Assembly (NCBI RefSeq): GCF_964355755.1
Contig: NC_092678.1
Coordinates: 20,601,365-20,665,364 of the forward strand
Direction: 5' to 3'
Origin: Antedon mediterranea
Lineage: Eukaryota; Animalia; Echinodermata
Length of the DNA: 64,000 bases
Within the stretch, counting starts at the first letter, position 1, and each line of letters begins with the position of its first letter. The position numbers and the translations under genes were made by a program. Of this stretch, positions 49,892 to 61,800 are shown piece by piece. Under the pieces are notes generated by a model. That model was not told the DNA's origin. It was given only the letters and a program-made list of their open reading frames with translations, and made no database searches.

Positions 49892-52800
49892 TGAGTATTA
49901 CACTGAACTTACTAGCAACAGCTGCAGACAGCGCCCCCTATGTTACGATGGCTGCAGGATCAGAGTAAGAATTTGTTTACATTTTTTTATATTTTTACAA
50001 TGCTGCTCTGTAATTCTTTAATGTTTTGAACACAAATACTGTAGATTTCTCATGTTTTGTTCTAGTGCTGAGGTCATAAATCATACTTTACTTAAGTTGA
50101 TGTTAGCAGAACAGTACAGTAAATAATTTTCAATATGCCAGCAGACATGTTATATTGATTCAAAGGGAGGAAGGGGAGGTGTTTATTATTCCCCTGTTCC
50201 TAATTTGGGGTACCATTGGCATTAGTATATACAATTTGGGTCCATCAAATCTGTTAAATGTACCGTATATTTCGGTGTATAAGTCGCACTTTTGACACGC
50301 AAATTTGACCTCTAAATTAAGGGTGCGTCTTATACACCGAACATAAATGCCTCACCACACAGATTGTACATAGGCCTAGGCTATCACCTCGTTTGCTAGG
50401 CCTGAGTAGGCTAGTGATGATCAAGCGAGGCTAGCCCACACACGTGCGTGTTGCACACACGGTCATGCACTCGATGTTGCGGCGAAACTCATGAATAACA
50501 AGTTAGAAAGAACTTGTTGAGGCTGGGCGCGGCCGAGCCTAGGTAAGAAAAAACATAAATAAAGGATGCCGTTGTAGATATAACAAAATATATTATTACA
50601 ATAATATTGATTACAATTTAAAAAAACATTGTTTTGATGAAATATAAGGTGCGTCTTATACATCGACGATATAAAAAATACCGATATTTTACTCTCAGTT
50701 GGGGGTGCGTCTTATACACAGGTGCGACTTATACACCGAAATATACGGTAAGTATTATACAGTACCGGACAGAATTATTGCAGATTTTGAACGCATTCAA
50801 CGCATTGTTAAAGTGTTGACAACGCGTTGAAACTGCGTTGTCCGTTGGCGTTGAAAGTGTTGAGTTCGTTGAACTGTTTATTCAACCAACACAATGTGTT
50901 GCGTTGAGTTTGCGTTGAAATAACGAACAATCGGATTCGTATGGTATTTACAGATTGCCAGTGTGTATTAGTAGTAGTAGTAATAGTATAAAATACAGTA
51001 TTACAAATATTTAAGAAAACAAACATAATGTGTATTTTTCCGCGGAAACCTAGCTTAATATATTACACTAGGCTAGGCCTACTACTAACGAGTAGGCCCC
51101 GTGTGTATATGAGCCGCCAGGGCATCATTTATAAGGAGCGCCTGCGCGACCGCGCTCCTCCGCGCTCCTCAACAGGCTTCGAGGAGAGCAATTTATCGCG
51201 CTCCTTAATTTTCAAAATAGAGCCTAGCTTTTGACAGTGTTGATTTTTCTGTCAAGAGGCCTAAAAACACGTGGATTTTTAAAAGTTAAAACCAATCTAG
51301 GCCTAGGCTAATAATATATAAGCTAAGTTATAAAGCTACAAGCCTAATGGCAGTCCCTCGTTTTTAAGGATCGCGAGCGCGATCGCAATCAACAACCTTC
51401 GAAAAGGAGAGCAATTCATCGCGCTCCATCTCACAGTGCGAGGTACCAACAAAGGGGATTCCCCCAAAGATTATATAGCGCCGCTACGCGGCGCAAGATA
51501 GGTAACTGTTGCCAAGCTCCTATCTTATAACACTACGCGCCCAGTAAATCCATGGACGCCATTCGGGCGGACAGGTTATTATTGTGATTTAAATGTAAAT
51601 GGTTTAAATTTGGCGGTCCGCCTCGAAGTATCTGTGGTTAACCATCTTTATGATTGATTCATGGAAAAGGGAAGAAATTATGTAAACAAAGTAAAATAAA
51701 AGTTTCTTTGGGATCTGGACACTTTCCGATTAATTCTGTGTGTTTACATTGATATGTTTGGTTAGACAACTTCGTTCTTTAACCGAAACATCGTGGATAT
51801 TGCCTTGACAACGACTTTATTCCGGTTCAAACTTGTCCGCCGGAATGGCGTCCATGGATTACAAAGGTCTCACCCAGTTACCTATCTTGCGCCGCGTAGC
51901 GGCGCTATACAATCTTTGATTCCCCTGCCTGCGCGCATTCAACAAGGGCGAGTTTACTTCATCGCCTCATAGTGCAACCAGTACGGTGTCATAGAAACAC
52001 CTCCTTTACAGGAAGATCATGTCCCAACCAATAATTTTTCCCTTTATGTTTTTATGGAACGAGTTAATAAAATATATTTAATTTTAAAAGGAAACATTAA
52101 TATAGGAAACATTAATATAGGAGGCCTAAATATAATGTTTATTATTTAAAAAAGCTTAGCTGCTGGTTGCTTTAATTATGTCATTTTGAAGATGGATTAT
52201 TTCTTCGAAAGTTCTAACCAATTTTGGTCACTCAAATCCTCCTCAAAACACGTGCTGATGTGTGACGTCAGCATCTTCTAGAAGCTCTCTCTCAGCCCTC
52301 CCCTATTGTGCGTGCGCCCATGTGTGACACATGTAAACATGATCAAATATCTTTCTTAATTATTTTAGAATGACACTTTGTAACTTATTATCAATATCTT
52401 AATGGCTGTTGCATGTTAGAATTGTATAATTTATGAATTGAAGGTAAATACTTTTCAGGTTTTCTGTCTGATTTCTAGGCCAACAAGCTAGGCTAGAAAA
52501 GCTAGGCTAAAGGCATATAGTTGGCCAGGACAGGATTCTCCAGGCTCCTGAAACCCAATCTACCCAGGCAGGCCATAAAAAAAAAATTGGCTTGAGTTTT
52601 TTGTACTGTAGAATAATACGATCCCCACGGAAAATATTGTGTGTAAAGGTGGGTGTGGGGGATTTTAGGGGAGAGGTACAGTATACATTTGTTGTTCCCG
52701 GGGGGGGTTATCCCCTGCCGGGCAAAAAAAAAAATGTGTACAAAAAATTAATAAGGGCCAGCCATTTTTAATAAGGGCGACCATCCTTCAACTTCAACAT

Positions 52801-55800
52801 AAATATTTGAGGAGAGCGATTTAAAATTTTTGCAAGGAGAGCGAATTGCTCTCCTCGGTGATTTGAGGAGAGCGATTTGTTGCTCTCCTGGGTTTTGCAT
52901 ACGTGATGCCCTGAGCCGCGTCTGCCATCTCAGTTAAAAGTAGTGGTCATGTCCTCAATTACTGTGTGCCTATATTAACTGGAGTATTAAATACCAAAGT
53001 TAAGGCGGCGGTGAATCTTGGAGGCTAGGTCACATCGTAATTAATTATTTCCAAACTAAAAACTTCGCAGTACTGTACTACATTTTTCTCGATTATTTAT
53101 AAAAACAACGTAGCCTACACCCGCCGCCATGGAAGGCAACAATACACCACCAACATAACGATCCAGCATGGTCGTCGGACGTCGTCCTTTTCACGCATGC
53201 TTTTCGTGACGTGAGGGACGAACTGATCGAAAGGTGAAGAGTTCATTCATTATGAAATATTACGCGTAATAATTAAAAGGGAAAAAATCGTTTAGTTTTA
53301 TTATTATCCATAAATATATCATTATCATGTATTATATTATAAATTAATTATTGTGGTGCCTAACGTAACCCCATGCAGAGAAAAGCGTTAAATATAATAA
53401 CCAAGAAATAGGAATGACCAATTTGATGACAATAGGCAATGTTAGGCGTTTTCTTTAAAATCAAAACCTGTGCCATACCATATTATTCACGCCAAGGTGT
53501 AACCCACAAATATTTGAATAACCAAACAATTCAGAATAAAGAACCACTTTATTCTGATGCAAGACAATATATTATTACAGGCGCGAGGTTTAGGCGTTTT
53601 CTCTTTAACATACTATTGTTTCTTAATATAATTATATTGGCCTCCTCCTGAAACTGTATGAATGGGATGGGAGTTGCGAGAATATGCGAGCGAACAGCCA
53701 ACATTTTAATCAGTTTACAGTGTGATGCTTTTCAAAACGCGCAACGTTTTCAACGCGTTCAACGCTATGGGATTCAATTGTTTAACGTCGTCAATGAACG
53801 GTCAACGGGTTCAACACATTCAACACGCTCTATTGTTAATGTATTCAAAACGCTTGTTGTACTTAAAAATGTAATGTTGTTCGATTTATAAAGATTTAAA
53901 TTGGTTCATGGATGGGTGTCGGACACGTCAAATTTTTTAGTTCTTTCAAATTACATTACAACAAACAATGGGACAATTATAAAATAAAAACCAAAATAGA
54001 GAAACAATATTTTAACTTTATCTCTTGAATCTCGAACAGCTAAAAAATGTAGGCCTAAATAAAATTAATTACTTCGTCGTCATTAACGATCGTTAAATAC
54101 GTCATAACACACGTGGTGTTTTTCTCGAGGAAACCAGGGTGGCGGCCTCGTGTGTTGATGTCAGTAATTTCCACGTTGTTTGATTTTACGACGTGAGATC
54201 GTGTTTTCCCCCGGAAGGCCTACAGTACAGTGTTAACTGTTAGACTTGGCATCGACCTTATTATTCGATGTTTTCCTTCACTAAACACTGGGAAATATCA
54301 CTGTGTGTTTTATTTGGTAACTGTCCGTTCAATACTATTACTTAAAAATATATCTAAGCTTCAAATATATTTTATTTATATTAAAATATCTGGTAGTGAC
54401 TGCCGATGGGTATTTTGCCTGTTGTTGTTACTGATCGTTCAGGCGTGCAATCGGCCAGTCTAGTGCTGCAGCAGCTAGCGTTGAAATAACTAATTGTTTA
54501 CTTGACATGCTGATAATGACTTTCGTTGAATAAACAACTAAACGTTGAAAGCCGTTCAACGCAACGCAAACACAACGCAACGACAACGTGTTGAATGCGT
54601 TGGGATTTTTGCAATAATTCTGTCCTGTACTGTACAGTACTACAGTCAACTAACCAAATACTGGACACCTATGGTTGCCATGCTTGGAGGGCAACAGGAA
54701 GTGAAATGTCCAAACTTAGCACAACATACAAAACCTTCCTAAGAAGAATGCTAGTGAATGGCTTTCAAAGAGTCTGCCCACCAAACCATGTAGACATATC
54801 CTCAGATGAAGAAACAGATGAAAACTATATAGACTGGCGTTACGTAATTGATAATGACGATCTCTACAAAATTACTGGCTGTCAACCGCTAGAAGAATAT
54901 GTCTACAAGCAACAATTCAACTGGATCGGACATGTAATTAGAAAAGAAAACGAAGATCCTACAAAAATTCTTACTTTTCACACAACACAAAGTAAACGAA
55001 GAGGTCGGAAGATACCATCAGTACTTGATAGAGTTGTACAACAAAGTCAACTTACTAGATGCAACTTCATTAGAGCCTGCTTCAACAGAAATTTATAATT
55101 CCCAGCAATGTTTTAACTGTATATATGAACTGTTTTATAAGTTGTTTTGTGACTGTGTAATTTGGTAGTAGTCACTCTCATACTGTAGGCCTACATTTAA
55201 AAGTAACACATCCAAATGCCAACTTCAAGTCAATGGCTACCAGATGTCTCTGTGAGACGGTTATTTGAACCAGTACCAGTACCAGTTTTGGCCTGACCTA
55301 ATATGTCTGGTTTTATGGAAAGTCTGGTATTTGGAATGTGTTTTAACGGTGAAAAATGAATTTTGTCCAATGAAGAAATTTAAGATCATTTTTTTTTCTT
55401 TTGAATAGTTCTAGGTTTTATGTATAAAAAAAGTTATTTTGTTTAATTTTGTTAGTCCTGAAGCCGTTGAAGACCCTGTCGCCACTGGAGATGTGAAATG
55501 CCAAAGTCAACCGTCAAACCACACTCCAGCCAACCTACACCACTCCCATTACATTGGTCTGCCATATCAGGTACAGTAATAAACTTGATTTAGGGATCGT
55601 GTTAAAATTGTTCTACCGCAGCAACTTCAGTAACTTACAGTAATAAATTTAAGGATCGTGTCAAAATTATTATTGTCAAGTATTCTACCTCATTCGCATT
55701 TTCACTCCTGAGGACGATCAAAGCATATTGATCGAAACGTCGAGAAAGTCAATCAGTTCTTTGCAGAACTAATATAATAAACGTGGTGTACCGCAAACTT

Positions 55801-58800
55801 TTACCAATATTCTACTACAGTTACTTCAGTAACGTACAGTTAATAAATTAAGGGATCGTGTCAAAATTATTATTGTCAATAATTCTACTGGAGTTACTTC
55901 AGTAACTTAGAGTTAATAAATTTATGGATCGTGTCAAAATTATTATTGTCAATTATTCTACTGGAGTTTGTTACTGCAGTAATTCAGTAACTTACAGTAC
56001 TAATTATTGAGATCGTGTCAAAATTATTATTGTCAATTATTCTACTGGAGTTACTGCAGTAATTCAGTAACTTACAGTACTAATTATTAAGATCGTGTCA
56101 AAATTATTATTGTCAATTATTCTACTGGAGTTACTGCAGTAATTCAGTAACTTACAGCACTAATTATTAAGATCGTGTCAAAATTATTATTGTCAATTAT
56201 TCTACTGGAGTTACTGCAGTAATTCAGTAACTTACAGTACTTATTATTAAGATCGTGTCAAAATTATTATTGTCAATTATTCTAATGCAGTTACTTCAGT
56301 AACTACATTTTTTTTAAATTCTTTTATATGTAATTATTTACCAAGTTTTTCTTAATCATATCAAAAATTTATTAAATAATATTTATCGCATAATATACAA
56401 TCTACGATAATTTAATTAATTGATATAAAAAATGTAGCCTATTAAATAAATAACATCATTTGAATAAAAGAACAGAGCACACATCTACACATAATCAAAC
56501 ATCGTATACTCTATCTCTAACAATTTTTTCGATCTTCTATCGACTAAAGCCGAAGTATAGTCGTTATCTCGGAACCGTTCTATGGTTACCACCAGGTAGG
56601 CTTACTTCATCAAGGCTTCTATGAATGGATGTACTAGTTGGGAGCAGGAACGCTAGTAGACCAAACCCAGTACCGTTTTGATTACGATCAATCGGGAAAT
56701 TACCTCACGACATCATATACACTGTTTATGACAGTGACTACCTCATAATCCACTATTAATTAGGGATCATGTTAAAATTACTCTACTAAGTTACTGCAGT
56801 AACTAAAGTTTTGTTTATTCCTTAACCTGTTTATGCAATTGTTTAGCCAATTTTCCTTATATAATCCCACACACTGTTCATTTCAGCGACTGCCTCAAAT
56901 CTCTACATCTTTATTAATCAAATTAAAATCATGTGGAATAATCAGAATAATTTTGACATTATCTCTTATCCAGTTTGTAATAATTTATCATATTTCAACT
57001 AACCATCAAAATGTGTATTTTATTTTAAGATTTATTGAAAATGATATTAAATTTTTTTTATTATTAATTATAAACATAACAAACTGATTGATTCCAATTA
57101 AATTTGTTGTTATTAGGATCATAATTACGGAGCGCCACCACCACCCACCCCTCCTGCGTCACCCCCTCCCAAATTGCGGCCTGTTTCACCAACAAATAAA
57201 CTGAACGGATTTCTAGATGATAATTTAAACATAAGCACGTTGAGTACCTCACCAAACTGTGCTGATGACAGCGTTACACGCTGCATATGGTAAGTAAATA
57301 TTAATGTAAATATCAGTGTAATCAATATTTTTGTACAAATATTAAAATTCAGCGTTTTATGCAGCAATTATTTTTTTTATGATTGAATAAAGATACCGAA
57401 AATATATACTGTAGTTAATTGAAACAATGGTTATAAATGTGCTTTTTTTGTAATGCTAATAATTTTTCAGTTAGAATTAATTCATTTTTTTTTTTTTGCG
57501 ATCTAGTTCAGAGTCTCTTGCTCATTCCATCCGTCCGTCAACAAAGCATTATGGTTTCCATTTCTTTTCTTGGGCCCCTGTCGCTCTTTGGAACAATTTA
57601 CCAACCACTATCCGTCCCATATTTTAAGGCTTCTTGGAAAAGTCACCTTTTTAACTCTTTTTTTCTCTCTTAGTTTTCCACTTTCTATTTCTTTTGTTCA
57701 GCGCATTGAGGCTATATAAGTCCCATTTATTAATATTATTGCTATTATCGTGCATGATGTTAAATACAACCCTCAATTTCCTATTCCTGTTAAATGTTGC
57801 AACACTTATGCTTTACCCTATTGTACAATAACATTATTATCGTTAAATATGCGCATAAAAATATTGTAAAATCGTTATATTGAATATAAGTCCCATTTAT
57901 TATCATTATTGTTATTATTATCTATATGATGTTAAATACAACCCTCAATTTCCTATTCCTGTTTGTTGCAACACTTATGCTTTACCCTATTGTACAATAA
58001 CATTATTATCGTTAAATATGCGCATAAAAATAATAATAGTAATATTGGTGAATAAACAAATGTGATATGGTTCCTTTATTACCTTATATAGATATAAACC
58101 CACCCACAAATTAGCAGGTACAATCCTTATAAATACGGTAGTGGTAATATGCCCAAATATGGTGGTGATATGTCCATATATAGGCACATCACATTTTTTT
58201 GTTACATAAAGTTTGATAACAGATCACTTTATAGAATAGTATTAATATGCACTTTTTATTTAAATAGTAATTTTGAACATGATGACGGTTATATGATAAG
58301 TTGCGATAAATGTTTGACGTGGCAACATGTGGAGTGCATGGGACTCGAACGCAACAACATCCCCGACTGCTACTTCTGCGAACGCTGTCAACCACGGCCT
58401 GTTGATGTCCAGAAAGCCATCGCACTACAAACGAAAAAACGGGAACAGATATCAAGTAATTATGCAATTTCATTTCATACGATAACCAAAGAACTTATTA
58501 AATAAAATTAAAAAGTTCTTCATCATTCAAAATGTGTAACATAACGAAATGCATTGTGGGAACCAGTGGAGTAGAGCACCCTCAATGTTTTAGATATGTA
58601 AAACCTTTTCTATTGTTATGCCCTATGACCCGACACTTCAATGAAAAAAATAAAAACCAGAGGCCTTCTTGGTAATTAAAGTATTCGAAGATGTAATTAT
58701 TGATTAAGTATAATACTTGAAGCCATGGTCTAGATAATACTAATACCGTAGTTCCTCGGGTATAATCCCACCTCGGGTATAATCCCACCCCCGACTTTAC

Positions 58801-61800
58801 GATTACCTTCGCACGCAAGCATATCCCCGGGTAAAGTCCCAGTGTATAATTTAATATTAGGCCAGAGGTGGGCCTAGGCCTACTGTAGCTAGCTAGGCCG
58901 ACGTCAATGTTTTTAAAGAAATTCTCACCAAAAAATAGAGTAATTTCTCTGAATTTGGCTGACTTAAAACTCATCAAACATTGTTAAGTTGAATACATTA
59001 CTAATTATACTGCCTACTGCCCATAAAAAAACACTGCCTGTTGCATGTAAAGACATTATAATTTTAGAATAATTTCTGAAAACGGAAGGTAATGTTTAAC
59101 CAAAAAAATATCATGCCAAGGCAGAAAAAAAAAAAAACTTGTTTTATCTGCTATTTTTGGTTTTTGATGTGTATGTCTGATTTTTATTTGATTTTAGAAT
59201 ATGATACAATAATCTGTTAATAATGCAAATTATTTTTGTTTTATCGTTTTATTTTCAGATGATTCAAGTAGTTCGGACAGCGAGGAGAGCAATGCTGTCA
59301 ATCCGACGACGTATACAGCAATCTCTAATTCCCCGACAAGGCTTACGCTAACCACGCATCATAAGAATAAGAAATCGAAAAAGAAGAAGCGAAAACGTGA
59401 ACACTCTGAACGAAGTCACAAGAAAAAGAAGGTATCAGTTACTGTTTTGGTTATTTACTAAAGTTTGATCAAACTAGTGTGTGATGTGCCCAAATGTGGT
59501 AGTGATATGCCCAAATGTGGTAGTGATATGCCCAAATATGGTAGTGATATGACATCATCATGTTCATATATGGGCATCACATATCAAACATAAAGTTATA
59601 TGGAAATAGCTTTACTAAAGTTTGTAAAAAAATGTGTTCATGGGCTAGTGAATAATTGTAACAACTATTTATCAGTATTTTTTCAAGTGTTGCATTTTAT
59701 TATTTTTGTTGAACCAAAATAAAGTTGTTGTGACATTTCCTCGACAACATACTGACTAATTTGCTGCTTGTTATAAGCTATAAAATGCCAAAAGCATCAG
59801 GAATTTATATTAGACTAGTTGCTGGCCCATGCTAGAGCACACAGAACACCATTTCACATGCTTTCTTCAATTTGGAACCATCTTCCAAAATGTGGGTGTT
59901 ATATTGTGACATTTAACTTTCAGCATTGAATCTTTCAATATGCATTCATTACTTTTGATTAAATATGCTAAAATTCAATTGCTTGATTTGTTGAGGTATA
60001 AAGCTCCGTCTACACTATCAAACTTTATGTGACAAAAAATGTAATGTGCCCATATATGGACATGATGATGTCATATCGCTACCATATTTGGGCATATCAC
60101 TGCCATATTTGGCTTGATAGTGTAGACAGAGCTTTGTAATGTTTCAATTGAATTTTTTTTAAATAGTTTGCTGTGGATTTAAAATATATCCCATTTCCTG
60201 TTCTCAGAAATTTTCAGAGCCAGTACTTCCTTTGAATTCTCATTAAGGGATCGTCTTAAAATTTCAGTATTTTGTTTTTGTTTAAAAGCAATCAATGTTG
60301 TATTATATAAACCATAGACTATAAATATCCTCAATGGTGAGATTAACCAGAGTAATATTATAAAGCTGTTTTACTAAAGCTCTGTCTACACTATCAAACT
60401 AGTTTGATGTGCCCAAATATGGTAGTGATATACCCAAATATGACTGGGGTATGACATCATCATGTCCATATATGGGCACATCACATTTTTTTTCACATAA
60501 AGTTTGATGATAGTGTACACATAGCTTAATGCTATGAGAAGTCTTTAGATATTTGAAATGCCACGCCCATATTTGACTCAATATTTTTTTTATTTTTAGA
60601 AATTTTGTTTAATAAAAAGAAAACAAATTATAAAAACATTCTCTTTTCTTTTAAAAACAAACTCTACACAATTATAATTTTTGTCTTAATGGATTATAAT
60701 TAATAGAAGGCTATGTTTAATTAAAAATACCCACATACAATTTTGCTGGCTAAATTTTACTAAACTAAATGCATACAGTATACACATGTTTAGTCATATT
60801 GTTAAATAAGCCAGTTAATAGGGAGGTTTCGCAACCTTACGAATACGATGACGAAAACTGTTACGTCACACATTTGTAAAACTTTTGTGCTGATCCCCCT
60901 TTAATATTCGTAAAGCATTTTCGTGTTTATGAATATTATCAGTCATATTCGTAACTACAAAACGAGTATAGTTTTTGATCTATTTTGCATATTTTGCATT
61001 TGAATCAGGAATTATTCATGATTATAATATAATTATAGATTTATTGAAAGTAATTTACTAAAGTAATTTACTAAAATGCCAGGTAAATTTTGATAATTAG
61101 CAGTTGTTAAAGTCCTCCCTCGCTTTGACATAACGCTAGGCCTAGGCAGCCAAGCAACACGTACCTGCGCTTCGCTCAATTTTACCGCAGTCATATTTTG
61201 GACGACGCCCTCAATATTCGTTGCCATGCGAAACAGATTTTTACTGGCTTACGAAAACGAATACGTGTGCGTGACGTATCCGATTTTCGTTATCGTATTC
61301 GTAGCGTTGCGAAACCTCCCTAATGGAAACTAATTTGTCACTATTTTATCAAGTATAAAGATGGCTTTATAGTAGATATTGACTACTGTGCTTTAGTATT
61401 AAAAGATTATTGAATAATATTAATATACAACCGTGTATAGAGTCACTATGAATGGCCAAATAAATCTATACCACCATACAGTCAAATCTTCCAATACCGG
61501 ACTCTCTGAATCCCGGACACTAAAACCACACTTTCCAAAAGGTCCCAAATTCGTTTTTACCATTAATAATACATTCTGAAGTCAGGTTTTCTGGAAAACA
61601 AGACATGTGAGGCCAGCCCGAAGGTGTCCGGTATTACAAGAGTTGTATTTTTATTTACTTATTCATGGTGGTTTTTTTATCTTTTTTTAGAAAAAACATG
61701 ATAAGAAATCAAGATCCAGATCTTTATCGTCCGAGCTGAACTTTTTCGATGAGGACACACAAGCAGCCTGGCATCAGAGGTAAGCTACCATTTTATTTAT

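Larger units (their letters stand above)
50760..54632. mobile_element. ~3.9-kb non-autonomous DNA transposon (TA TSD), outer element of the nest
   Basis: TA|CAGTACCGGACAGAATTATTGCA ... TGCAATAATTCTGTCCTGTACTG|TA, with subterminal CAACG/CGTTG repeats at both ends. Confidence 0.85.
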
